A stretch of 64,000 nt of DNA from Octopus sinensis (GCF_006345805.1 NC_043026.1:13371579-13435578), one strand, 5' to 3'; positions 38,447-51,232 are shown, counted from the first letter of the stretch. Translations and numbers: made by a program. The notes: generated by a model not told the origin, from the sequence alone.

Positions 38447-39125
38447 AAACAATTGCAGCGTGGAAGGTGTTTGTAAGCCATTTAAGAAACACACAAAAGC
38501 CGTTCGATTCACTTCAACATTTAAATTTAATTTGTCAAAATATTTTCGTTGCTTTGAGACCGTGACCTGTTCACTGACAAAGCTTTGTGCCGCATCAGAA
38601 ACATCTGTCAGTGAACAGGTCACGGTCTCAAAGCACAAAAATATTTTGACAAATTAACTTAAATGTGAAGTGAATCGAACGGCTTTTGTGTGTTTCTTAA
38701 ATGGCTTACAAACACCTTCCAAGCTGCAATTGTTTTCCTTTCAGCACACGATCTCAGATCAAGTCACTCGCTATGCAAATACATCTCCGTAATATATATA
38801 TATATATAAACAATTGCAGCGTGGAAGGTGTTTGTAAGCCATTTAAGAAACACACAAAACCATTAGATTCACTTCAACATTTAAATTTGATTTGTCAAAA
38901 TATTTTCATTGCTTTGAGACCGCGACCTGTTCACTGACAAAGCTTTGTGCTGCATCTCTCAAAGCGCTGAAAATATTTTGACAAATTAAATTTAAATGTT
39001 GAAGTGAATCGAACGGCTTTTGTGTGTTTCTTAAATAGCTTATAAACACCTTCCACGCTGCAATTGTTTTCGTTCCAGCACACGATCTCAGATCAAGTCA
39101 CTCGCTATGCAAATACATCTCCGTA
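38447..39125. repeat. Two tandem copies of a long foldback palindrome (38447-38735; 38808-39069 internally deleted), each followed by the same about 55-bp flank
   Basis: Arms of about 130 bp, near-perfect reverse complements. Confidence 0.9.
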
Positions 39126-39235
39126 TTTCTATTAAATTTTATTAAATGACTTTTTTTTTACGGAACCCATCTTGGTCATTGCATGTTTTTATAGTTCTAT
39201 TACATATATGTACATGTGTGTGTATGGTGTCAAGC

Positions 39236-39490
39236 AGTCCCTGGACTAATTATGTTGAATTATGTTCAATAAAAAATAACTTATTTACCTAAATTTTAAC
39301 ATCACCTCCCTTGAAACAGTCACCTTGTGCAACAATACACTGATCCTATCTTTCCTGCCATTTTCGGAATCTGGCCTGGGAATTGTTTTCTGTGAGTTGA
39401 GGACCTTCTGCAATTTGCCCCGGATCTTGACAGCCGTATTAAAACGACAGCCTTCAAGTTGCATTTTCATTTTGGGGAAGAGATGGACTT
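39236..39490 (-). mobile_element. Mariner transposase C-terminal remnant
   Basis: LFPKMKMQLEGCRF...FRKWQER*DQCIVAQGDCFKG (frameshifted). Confidence 0.7.
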
Positions 39491-39821
39491 TTCAACTATT
39501 TCCCACTTGATTGGATGTGTTGTGGCCAATCAACTTCAAAAACAATATGTGGCCAGTCAACTTAGTGGCTTTATCTCTCACCGGATGGAGTACCTTTTTT
39601 TTTTTTTTTATTAATCTTACTTTCACACCCACATGGATTTACGCAGGATTGAACCTAAGGACTAATGCATATGTTTTTAACACATTGGAAAGTTGAACTA
39701 TGAACTTTTATGCTTCTTTTTTCTTCTCTCTCTTCATCTCCTAATAACATTACTCCCTTCCTCTATGTCATCATTCCATTAACGTATGCCCTTCTTATTT
39801 TCCCTATTTTTTCCCCTACTT

Positions 39822-39860
39822 GTCTCTGATGATGGAATATCCCAGAAACAGCTGTAAGAC
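39822..39860 (+). ncRNA. Minimal type I hammerhead ribozyme motif (Penelope pLTR context)
   Basis: GUCU-CUGAUGA-UGG(AAUAUC)CCA-GAAA-CAGCUG-UA-AGAC: full core, stems I-III, palindromic stem III ACAGCUGU. Confidence 0.7.
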
Positions 39861-40080
39861 TTTGAATTTTTTCCAATAATAATATTGTATATGACCTGAG
39901 ATGTTTGCCTTGCCTTAACGTTTGTTGTCCTCTTTAACAATTCTATGTCCAGTGCATCGGAAATCTGCAATGGCTCCAATAACTACCGTCTCATATATAT
40001 GATCTTGAAGCCGTAGTAATCCATCACGGCACTAGCGTAACTAATTGTTTAGATCACCTGTGAACTAAATCCCCATAATT

Positions 40081-40130
<50 letters not shown>

Positions 40131-40545
40131 GGTGGCTGCCCCCTCGTTATCAAGTATGGCCATTGCACGAAGCTTAATCAATGTTGTTATCGTGCAATGC
40201 CTGTGCAAGAAGAATTTTTTTAAAGTGAGGAAAGGCTGTGCACTGAGTCAATCCCGCTCACTAAGCAACAGCAGCCATAATCCGAAAAGAAGAACAAGTC
40301 AACATCACCGGTAACCACTGAGCCACAGGTTTTATGTCGGAGTTATCCCAGTTACCTGAGTTACCTTCACCTAGAAGGATGCCCTAACAAAGGCTAGGAG
40401 TCCTTCACTCCTAATGGTTTAACCGCGCAATCGGGTATTCAGTCCGATTATTTCTATGTCCCCGTGCATGATACAGCCTCAAGACATTTATTGGATGGCC
40501 GTTGACTCTCAAGAGTTCCTCCGCCCTTTGACGGATGTATATATA

Positions 40546-41190
40546 TATTATTATTATGGCTGCCCCCTCGTTATCAAGTATGGCCATTGCACGAAGCTTA
40601 ACTGTTACTGGTGCTGTGATCGAATGTGACTTTTTAGCCCAGCTAAAGATCTAAAATGTCTTGTACAGAATTGGCAACTAAAACCTTTACTGGTAATAGC
40701 CGGCTGTAGTTGTAACTGGGCTTCATGTACCTTTGCATGTCGTTTAAGTCCTCCTGCCGAATTACACTCTCTTCCACATGCCCGACAGATATGATTAGTA
40801 TGGTGTGTTACACCACCACCAGTGGCCAGGTTGTCACTCATCTGTCTCGCTTTATGACTACGAAGATGACTCATGAGTCCAGCTTTACTGAGGCAGGGTC
40901 TTACACAGACATTGCATGTCAGAATCAAAGGAAGACCCTTCCCTTCTGGAAGTGTAACAGCGATGCCCTTCCTGACATCTCTCCTTACTTTCTCATGTGC
41001 AACTCGAGATTTCTCAAACGTGGCTGTCCCCTCATGCACAATCCTTCTCCACCTGCTACGATCAATAGCTATGCCTTCCCACGTGTCAGGAGATATGCAA
41101 GCATCTCTTAAGGAAGCCTTGAGCAAGTCTTTTATACCTCTTTTTTGGTTTATGTGGAGGTTGTTCTCCTTTAGCTAACTCTCCATAAAA
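40546..41190 (-). mobile_element. 3' end of a third RTE (BovB-like) LINE family with three C-terminal C2H2 fingers
   Basis: FYGELAKG..PKKRYKDLLKASL..WEGIAIDRSRWR, then three CxxC..HxxxH units, stop at 40605, short UTR and (ATA)n tail. Confidence 0.85.
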
Positions 41191-42179
41191 TGATAAGATG
41201 AATGAGTGAAGGTGTTCTCTTACATTGGTACAACTTATGTATGTAGATGCATAATATATACTGATTGCTAAGATCGGCCATTATGGATATATATTGCTGT
41301 ACACTTCCATTAATATGTATATGTGTATGTGTGCATGTGTCTGTGGGTGTATGTATATACATATATACGCACATACACATATGTGAGTGTATATATATAT
41401 ATATATATAGTTTTCAAGTATTTTGGCAGTCCCTTTTTAAAGTAGAAGAAATAGCTAAGGTTTTTGGGCTGCTATTTCTAAACTTTGGTATGTGGTAAAG
41501 CAAATCTTTGCTGAACCCTAATTATTAAGTATTACTTAAGTTTACTGTGAAATGGTCCTTTTTCATGCCGAATTCTACTTGGGGAAATTATTGATTACTT
41601 CTTAATCAATTAATTTTACCTTTTGTTATTATATATATATATATTTATACACGTGTTTGAGTGTCTGTGTTTGTCCCCATCTCCACTTGAGAACATGCGT
41701 TGGTTTGTTTACGTCCCCGTAACTTCGCAGTTCAGCAGAAGGAACCGATAGAATGAGTACTAGGCTAAAACAAAAAAGAAGTTATAGGGTCGATTTTTTT
41801 CGTTTAAAAGGAACCCTTCAAGTCGGTGCCCCAGCATGGCCGTAGTCAAATGACCGAAACAAGTAAAAGAAAAAAGACATACACAAATAGACATGCCGGT
41901 ACGTAGACACATACATACATATATAAATATGTAATGCATATAAAAAAATACGTAAACATAAGTGATTCTGTCGAAAAAAAAAATAAAGAAAGAAATATTT
42001 TTTACGGAAATTGCCGAAGAAATAATTTCATTTTCCGTGCGCGGTTATCGAAAGATAGCCCTGGTTGTTACGCATCGACATTAATTCAAAAAAGAGTTCT
42101 TTCCCTTAGATAGTGTGGCGGCTACCAAAAATTGTTTTACACACACACACACACACGAAAACGTAAATACACACAAACA

Positions 42180-44135
42180 AATATCTTAGAAACTATAGAA
42201 TTTTCTCAATAAAGCCAAGAGAAAAAGATGTTTTATAAACACATTCTACCAGTATACGAAGTTTTAAAGTGTTTAGTTACCTAGAAATTATAATAATATA
42301 TATAATAATGAAATGATTGTATACAGTGCTCAGGTGCACCACAACTTGTCAGAAAGAGCATATAAAGTACATGCAGTAATGTAGAAATGTCTGGAAAGTG
42401 AACATGTTTGTGTGTGTATGGAGGGGAGAAAATCAAGTGTAGTGTTGGCGAATCTCAGGAAGCATGGAAGTCTTGAAGGATGCAGTGCTCCGACAACTAA
42501 CAACCGATGTTGTTAGTTAAAAACTGCCGTTCAAACCGAAAAGATCCATATCTTGCAAACTATAGAATTTTCTCAATAAAACCAAGAGAAAATGATGTTT
42601 TATAAACACATTCTACCAGTATACGAATTTTAAAAGTGTTTAGTTACCTAGAAATTATGTAAAACTGCTGTTCAAACCGAAAAGATCCACATCTTACAAA
42701 CTATAGAATTTTCTCAATAAAGCCAAGAGAAAAAGATGTTTTATAACACATTCTATTCTACCAGTATACGAAGTTTAAAAGTGTTTAGTTAACTAGAATT
42801 ATGTTAAAAACTGCCGTTCAAACCGAAAAGATCCATATCTTACAAACTATAGAATTTTCTCAATAAAGCCAAGAGAAAAAGATGTTTTTATAAAAACACT
42901 TCTATCACCAGTATACGAAGAGTTTTAAGTGTTAGTTACCTAGAAATTATGTTAAAAGCTGCCGTTCAAACCGAAAAGATCCATATCTTACAAACTATAG
43001 AATTTTCTCAATAAAGCCAAGAGAAAAAGATGTTTTATAAACACATTCTACCAGTATACGAAGTTTTAAAGTGTTTAGTTACCTAGAAATTATGTTAAAA
43101 ACTGCCGTTCAAACCGAAAAGATCCATATCTTACAAACTATAGAATTTTCTCAATAAAGCCAAGAGAAAAAGATGTTTTATAAACACATTCTACCAGTAT
43201 ACGAAGTTTTAAAGTGTTTAGTTACCTAGAAATTATAATAATATATATAATAATGAAATGATTGTATACAGTGCTCAGGTGCACCACAACTTGTCAGAAA
43301 GAGCATATAAAGTACATGCAGTAATGTAGAAATGTCTGGAAAGTGAACATGTTTGTGTGTGTATGGAGGGGAGAAAATCAAGTGTAGTGTTGGCGAATCT
43401 CAGGAAGCATGGAAGTCTTGAAGGATGCAGTGCTCCGACAACTAACAACCGATGTTGTTAGTTAAAAACTGCCGTTCAAACCGAAAAGATCCATATCTTG
43501 CAAACTATAGAATTTTCTCAATAAAGCCAAGAGAAAAAGATGTTTTATAAACACATTCTACCAGTACACGAAGTTTAAAAGTGTTTAGTTACCTAGAAAT
43601 TATGTTTAAAACTGCCGTTCAAACCGAAAAGATCCATATCTTACAAACTATAGAATTTTCTCAATAAAGCCAAGAGAAAAAGATGTTTTATAAACACATT
43701 CTACCAGTATACGAAGTTTAAAAGTGTTTAGTTAACTAGAAATTATGTTAAAAACTGCCGTTCAAACCGAAAAGATCCATATCTTACAAACCATAGAATT
43801 TTCTCAATAAAACCAAGAGAAAAAGATGTTTTATAAACACATTCTACCAGTATACGAAGTTTAAAATTTTTTAGTTACCTAGAAATTATGTTAAAAACTG
43901 CCGTTCAAACCGAAAAGATCCATGTTTTTTTTTACCTCAATAGACGTCAGTGATTGGTTGAAATTGCAGAAATTAAAGAAAAAAACAACAAATATCTTTC
44001 AAACTATAGAATTTTTTCAATAAAGCCAAGAGAAAAAGATGTTTTATAAACACATTCTACCAGTATACGAAGTTTAAAATTGTTTAGTTACCTAGAAATT
44101 ATGTTAAAAACTGCTGTTCAAACCGAAAAGATCCC
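42180..44135. repeat. About 142-bp tandem array (about 10 copies) with a 945-bp higher-order duplication
   Basis: AAGATCC at 42541, 42682, 42828, 42976, 43119, 43487, 43629, 43772, 43914; related dispersed copies at 11640-11830 and 11985-12125. Confidence 0.9.
42296..42510 (-). mobile_element. CR1/L2-type 3' end inside the 142-bp array (second copy at 43241-43455)
   Basis: tgtatacagtgctcaggtgcaccacaac...ggatgcagtgctccgacaactaacaac. Confidence 0.8.
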
Positions 44136-44339
44136 AAAACCGCAAACACGCACACATGGAAACGTAAATACACACATACATAAACACATACAGACACACA
44201 CATTGACACATGGAAACGTAAATACACACATACACACACATACACGCACACATTGATACATGGAAAAGTAAATACACAAACACATACAGACACGCACACC
44301 TAAAACCGCAAACACACACACACACATGCACACGAACAA

Positions 44340-44660
44340 ACTTGCATTCCGTCGGTTAGGACGACGAAGGTTCCAGTTGATCCGATCAATGGAACAGCCT
44401 GCACGTGAAATTAACGTGCAAGTGGCTGAGCACTCCACAGACACGTGCGCCCTTAACGTAGTTCTCGGGGAAGTGCAGCGTGACACAGAATGGGATAAGA
44501 ATATGACCTTTGAAATATAGGTAGAACTCATTTTTGTTAGCTGAGTGGGATGGAGCAATGTGAAAAAAAAGTTGTCTTGCTCAAGGATACACCGCGCCGA
44601 CAGAAATCGAACTCACGTCTTTACGATTGTGAGCCGAATGCGCAAAGTGCTTAGCCGCGT
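44340..44660 (-). mobile_element. SINE family 4 (tRNA-like head, ccttgagcaagac core); related heads at 10790-10920 (-) and 55466-55700 (+)
   Basis: B-box-like GAGTTCGATTTC and GGTTCGATTCC. Confidence 0.6.
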
Positions 44661-45350
44661 TCCATCTACTTATATATTTCTTTACAACCTACAAGGGGCT
44701 AAACATAGAGGGGACAAACAAGGACAGACATAGGTATTAAGTCGATTACATTGACACCAGTGCGTAACTGGTACTTAATTTATCGACCCGAAAGGATGAA
44801 GGGCAAAGTCGACCTCTGTGGAATTTGAACCCAGAACGTAACGGCAGACGAAATATGGCTACGCATTTCGCCTGGCGTGCTAACGTTTCTGCCAGCTCGC
44901 CGCCCGTTCCGTCTACTTATAAACACACGGGCGCGTACACACACACACACACTCGTATTAACTCGCAAATACGCATCAACACATAGTCATTCGCACAAAT
45001 GCACACATACCCAAATATACCGCATGCATTCACATCTATCTATCCTATTTCTTTACTACCCACAAGGGGCTAAACACAGAGAGGACAAACAAGGACAGAC
45101 AAACGGATTAAGTCAATTACATCGACCCCAGTGCGTAACTGGTACTTATTTGATCGACCCCGAAAGGATGAAAGGCAAAGTCGACCTCGGCGGAATTTGA
45201 ACCCAGAACGTAACGGCAGACGAAATATGGCTACACATTTCGCCCGGCGTGCTAACGTTTCTGCCAGCTCGGTTCCCAGCCTGTTGTCCACGGAACACTG
45301 GTAATCCGCAAAGGTAGTACTGGGAGTTAGTGAACTAAATTCAACATGTC

Positions 45351-45381
<31 letters not shown>

Positions 45382-45780
45382 TTTCATCGTTTCGGGGTCG
45401 ATTAAATAAGTACCAGTTACGCACTGGGGTCGATATAATCAACTTAATACCTATGTCTGTCCTTGTTTGTCCCCTCTATGTTTAGCCCCTTGTGGGCAAT
45501 AAAGAAATAGGTATTTATTGCGAAAAACAGTGAAGTTTCTTTCACCAATGTTTTACACAGATCAACAGGTTTCTGGATATTGACACATCGAAAGACTTCT
45601 GGATCGAGGATCCCATATAACCTGTCGCAACTTTTTTATTATTTGGAATTTCCAGAAAATGTTTGTATAATTTGTGTCCTACACACGTGAATTCATACGA
45701 CTAGGTAAAAAAATTTGAGTGTGTAATTTAAGGGCTATTTAGCTGTTGTTTTTAGCACATCTCACGACCACCTGATACCT

Positions 45781-45858
45781 ATCTATCTATATGTCTGCCT
45801 ATCTTTCTGTTTATCTGTCAGTCTGTCTCCTATCTATCTGTATCCATCTATCTATCTA

Positions 45859-45890
<32 letters not shown>

Positions 45891-46158
45891 TCTGTCTATC
45901 TATCTACCTACCTACCTATCTATTTGTCTATCTATCTATCTATCTATCAATCTACCTACCTACCTATCTATCTATCTATCTATCTATCTATCAATCTATC
46001 TACCAACCTATCTATCTCTCTCTCTATATATATATATATATTTATATCTATCTGTCCATCTATCTACCTATCTATCTACCTATCTATCTATCTATCTATC
46101 TATCTACCTACCAACCTACCTACCTACCTACCTACATACCTACCTATCTATCTATCTT

Positions 46159-46235
<77 letters not shown>

Positions 46236-46250
46236 TTGTCTGCTTATCTT
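45781..46250. repeat. (TCTA)/(CCTA) tetranucleotide tract
   Basis: Direct reading. Confidence 0.97.
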
Positions 46251-46500
46251 TCTGTTTAGAGGGGACAAACATGGACAGACAAAGGGATTAAATTGATTAC
46301 ATTGATCCCAGTGTGTAACTGGTACTTATTTGATCGACCCCGAAAGGATGAAAGGCAAAGTCGACCTCGGCAAAATTTGAACTCAGAACGTGAAGATGAA
46401 CAAAATACTGCTAAGCGTTTCACCCAGGGTGCTAACGTTTCTGCCAGTTTCGCCTCCCATAATATATATACACAAACACACCATTTACTTTATATGCATA

Positions 46501-47095
46501 TAGGCGCAGGAGTGGCTGTGTGGTAAGTAGCTTGCTTACCAACCACATGGTTCCGGGTTCAGTCGCACTGCGTGGCATCATGGGCAAGTGTCTTCTACTA
46601 TAGCCTCGGGCTGACCAAAGCCTTGTGAGTGGATTTGGTAGACGGAAACTGAAAGAAGCCTGTCGTATATATGTATATATATAGGCATAGAAGTGGCTGT
46701 GTGGTAAGTAGCTTGCTTACCAACCACATGGTTCCGGGTTCAGTCGCACTGCGTGGCACTTTGAGCAAGTGTCTACTACTATAGCCTCGGGCTGACCAAA
46801 GCCTTGTGAGTGGATTTGGTAGATGGAAACTGAAAGAAGCCCGTTGTATATATGTATATATATATATATGTGTGTGTATGTTTGTGTGTCTGTGTTTGTT
46901 CCCCTAGCATTGCTTGACAACCGATGCTGGTGTGTTTACGTCCCTGTCACTTAGCGGTTCGGCAAAAGAGACCGATAGAATAAGTACTGGGCTTACAAAA
47001 GAATAAGTCCCGGGGGTCGAGTTGCTTCGACTAAAGGCAGTGCTCCAGCATGGCCACAGTCAAATGACTGAAACAAGTAAAAAAAAGACAAAAAT
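46501..47095 (+). mobile_element. SINE family 1, duplicated head plus full copy
   Basis: Same consensus. Confidence 0.9.
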
Positions 47096-47766
47096 GTTCA
47101 TATGCATGTGTGCATGTATATACACACATATACACACATATACACACATATACACACATGTACATGCAATATAAAGTAAACAGTTAAAATTGGCTTATTT
47201 TTACAAACACAGTATTAGACAGACGCACACACACATACATGCGCACACACACACACACACACGCGATTATATCACAGATGTTTGATCAGTCTATTACAGA
47301 CTTACGGAGTGTGTTCGTGTGATGTGACAGAGCAGGAGGGGAAGGTGGGGTGGGGTGGAGTGGGGGGTGGGGTTTGAGATGAGTGACTCACGAATCCCGA
47401 TCAACAGCTGGCTGTTACATCGTTTGGGAGAGTGAGTCACCTGTAGCTGCCAGGTAAGTTATCTGGCTAATTATGTCACCTGATTTTTTTTTATTTATGT
47501 ATACACACACACACACACACACACATTTATATATGTGTGCGTTTGTGTGTATCTGTGTATGAATGTGTGTGTATGTATGTGAGTGTGTTTATTTGCATAT
47601 CTATCTGTCATTCTCACTCTTCTCTCTCTCTCTCTCTTTCTCCCTCACTTTCTTTCTTTCTCTCTCTCTGTTTATACACACACACACGTGTGTGTGTACA
47701 TATATGTATACATACATACATGTATATATATATAGATATATATGTGTGTATATATATATGTTTGTA

Positions 47767-47801
<35 letters not shown>

Positions 47802-47964
47802 ATATAATATATACACACATGCATACACACACATACACATATATATGTTTATATAAGCACACATATATATGTATGTATATGTATATGTAAATGTATGTGT
47901 TTGTGATGTGCAGGAACAGGAAGCATTAACAACACAGGAAATAGATTCCCTCAAATAGATCCCT

Positions 47965-48285
47965 AGAGGTTGTAGATAATTTCTGTTACCTAAGGTGACC
48001 TAATTAGCAACGAAGGAGGATGTTCTGAAAAAAGTATCATTGCTAGGATTAGAACAGAATGGAAAATGTTCAAGGAAATGCCTCCTCTGTTGGTAACAAG
48101 TGTCTCTCTCTTAAAGTAAAAGGCAGTTTGTGTGAAATATGAACGTGAAAAGCAATGTTATATGGTAGTGAGACGTAGGCTCTGAATGAAAAGGACAGGC
48201 AAAAACTAGAATGGAATGAAGCTAGCATGCTCTGATGAGTGTGCAACCTCAGAACAGAATGCAGAAAGTCAAAGAAAATATTTTC
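47965..48285 (+). mobile_element. Degenerate internal RTE fragment that seeds the adjacent array
   Basis: EVVDNFCYL-GDLISNEGGCS..ARIRTEWKMFKEMPPLLV, homologous to ORF 25885-26778. Confidence 0.85.
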
Positions 48286-50142
48286 TCCCTTAGAGTAAAA
48301 GACAGTTTGTGTGAAGCATGTGCAAGAACAGCAATGTTACATGGTAGTGAAACGTAAGCCCTGAACGTAGAGGACATGCAAAGATTATAATGGAAAGAAG
48401 CTAACATGCTCTGCTGAATGTGCAGCAACAAAACAGAATGCAGAAAGCCAAAGAAAATATTTTCTCTTTTCATAACAAGAGTTTCCCTTAGAGTAAAAGG
48501 CAGTCTGTGTGAAGCATGTACAAGAACAGGAATGTTATATGTAGTGAAACGTAAGCCCTGAACGTAGAGGACATGCAAAGATTATAATGGAAAGAAGCTA
48601 GCATGCTCTGCTGAGTGTGCAACCTCAGAACAGAATGCAGAAAGTCAAAGAAAATATTTTCTCTTTTCATAACAGGAGTTTCCCTTAGAGTAAAAGGCAG
48701 TCTGTGTGAAGCATGTACAAGAACAGCAATGTTATATGGTAGTGAAACGTAAGCCCTGAATGTAGAGGACATGCAAAGATTATAATGGAAAGAAGCTAGC
48801 ATGCTCTGCTGAGTGTGCAACCTCAGAACAGAATGCAGAAAGTCAAAGAAAATATTTTCTCTTTTCATAACAGGAGTTTCCCTTAGAGTAAAAGGCAGTC
48901 TGTGTGAAGCATGTACAAGAACAGCAATGTTATATGGTAGTGAAACGTAAGCCCTGAATGTAGAGGATATGCAAAGATTATAATGGAAAGAAGCTAACAT
49001 GCTCTGATGAGTGTGCAGCAGCAAAACAGAATGCAGAAAGTCAAAGAAAATATTTTCTCTTTTCATAACAGGAGTTTCCCTTAGAGTAAAAGACAGTTTG
49101 TGTGAAGCATGTACAAGAACAGCAATGTTACATGGTAGTGAAACGTAAGCCCTGAATGTAGAGGACATGCAAAGATTATAATGGAAAGAAGCTAGCATGC
49201 TCTGATGAGTGTGCAGCAGCAAAACAGAATGCAGAAAGTCAAAGAAAATATTTTCTCTTTTCATAACAGGAGTTTCCCTTAGAGTAAAAGACAGTTTGTG
49301 TGAAGCATGTACAAGAACAGCAATGTTACATGGTAGTGAAACGTAAGCCCTGAATGTAGAGGATATGCAAAGATTATAATGGAAAGAAGCTAGCATGCTC
49401 TGATGAGTGTGCAGCAGCAAAACAGAATGAAGAAAGTCAAAGAAAATATTTTCTCTTTTCATAACAGGAGTTTCCTTAGAGTAAAAGACAGTTTGTGTGA
49501 AGCATGTACAAGAACAGCAATGTACATGGTAGTGAAACGTAAGCCCTGAATGTAGAGGATATGCAAAGATATAATGGAAAGCGCTAGCATGCTCTGATGA
49601 GTGTGCAGCAGCAAAACAGAATGAAGAAAGTCAAAGAAAATATTTTCTCTTTTCATAAAAAGAGTTTCCCTTAGAGTAAAAGACAGTTTGTGTGAAGCAT
49701 GTACAAGAACAGCAATATTACATGGTAGTGAAACGTAAGCCCTGAATGTAGAGGATATGCAAAGATTATAATGGAAAGAAGCTAACATGCTCTGATGAGT
49801 GTGCAGCAGCAAAACAGAATGAAGAAAGTCAAAGAAAATATTTTCTCTTTTCATAAAAAGAGTTTCCCTTAGAGTAAAAGACAGTTTGTGTGAAGCATGT
49901 ACAAGAACAGCAATGTTACATGGTAGTGAAACGTAAGCCCTGAATGTAGAGGACATGCAAAGATTATAATGGAAAGAAGCTAACATGCTCTGATGAGTGT
50001 GCAGCAGCAAAACAGAATGAAGAAAGTCAAAGAAAATATTTTCTCCCTTAGAGTAAAAGACAGTTTGTGTGAAGCATGTACAAGAACAGGAATGTTACAT
50101 GGTAGTGAAATGTAAGCCCTGAATGTAGAGGACATGCAAAGA
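48105..50142 (+). repeat. About 10.5 x 198-bp tandem array derived from RTE coding sequence
   Basis: Unit translates as degenerate SLRVK..LCEACTRTAMLHGSET; unit starts 48481, 48678, 48876, 49074 etc. Confidence 0.9.
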
Positions 50143-50275
50143 TTATTTTGGTGTTGATACAGAGAAAATTTGATGGAATAATTTTGTTTGACCGTTTTTC
50201 AAAGGCATGCATGCAGGCTTCTACCCCTTCATTGTGGTCAATATTGGGATATAAGGGAAAAAACATCCATGTTTA
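50143..50275 (-). mobile_element. Inverted Penelope-like RT fragment overlapping the same protein region
   Basis: LYPNIDHNEGVEACMHAFEKRSNKIIPSNFLC versus NEGPEACIDAFEKQSNKSIPSN at 51233 (+). Confidence 0.75.
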
Positions 50276-50325
50276 CCCCAAAATTTTTTAAATAAATAAA
50301 TAATAATAATAATAATAACAACAGT

Positions 50326-50351
<26 letters not shown>

Positions 50352-50365
<14 letters not shown>

Positions 50366-51042
50366 GATATAGCATACCAGCTGACAACAAGGTATGTGAT
50401 AAGGAAGAAAGAAAAGTCGAGAGATATGACAGGTTAGCTTGGGAAGTTAAGCAGTTGTGGTCGATAAAAAAAGTAGCAGTAGTGCCAATAATTGTTGGAG
50501 CCCTTGTTCGAAAGCTGCCATAGTCAGAGCTATGTCCAAAATGAACCAGGACCACTTGATTCAAGCATGTAGATGATTTAGATCTCATATAGAAGCAGTT
50601 GTTGAAGCTGAAGGTGGCTTTATTGAATAACATTATAGAGAAGATGGTTTATTTTTATCCTCATAATTATCTATTATTATATATCTGTTTTTTTATAAAA
50701 AGGAAGAAAGAAAAGTCGATAGATATGACAGGTTAGCTTGGGAGGTTATGCAGTTGTGGTCGATGAAAAAGAAGGTAGTAGTAACAATAATTGTCAGAGC
50801 CCTGGGAACAGTGAGTAAAAATCTTGAGAAGTACGTGGAACAAAGAGGGGCTGCAATAAGGGTGGAGCACTTGCAGAAAACAGCACTGCTTGGAACCGCT
50901 CGAATACTCCGGAAGGTACTCACAAAATAAGAGGTGTTACCTTAGTTCACTGGTAGTGAACAGCTGACACTGTAGTACATCTCCAGCATTAGAAGCTGTG
51001 CAAAGGCAATAATGATAATAACAATAATAATAATAATAATAA
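50352..51042 (+). mobile_element. R4/Dong-like LINE 3' end (restriction-like endonuclease), two fragments flanked by (AAT)n
   Basis: IDIAIPADNKVCDKEERKVERYDRLAWEVKQLW..VVPIIVGALG..LQKTALLGTARILRKVL stop. Confidence 0.8.
50507..50630 (+). mobile_element. Tc1/mariner-superfamily transposase C-terminal remnant
   Basis: KAAIVRAMSKMNQDHLIQACR*FRSHIEAVVEAEGGFIE stop. Confidence 0.65.
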
Positions 51043-51232
51043 TATGCCCTGATGCAGTACCAGACAGTGGCTCTCATGGCTTCTGATTTTAACTGATTGG
51101 AAATGTTATCCTATACATTTTTTTGTCTTGGTATAAAAGATGGGCTACCCAGTATCACAAATTTGCTTGTCACTTGCTTGACCATAACCAGTTGAGCATG
51201 TCCCTTAGTGGATGATGATAAATGCATTTCTG

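Noticed and set aside
48990-49040. CUGAUGA-G...C-AAAAC in the 198-bp units as a tandem hammerhead
   Set aside because: Lacks GAAA (reads AAAA) and stems I/III; derives from RTE codons (MLRWMC).
48488-50010. 324-aa and 183-aa repetitive minus-strand ORFs
   Set aside because: By-product of a 198-bp unit antisense to decayed RTE sequence.
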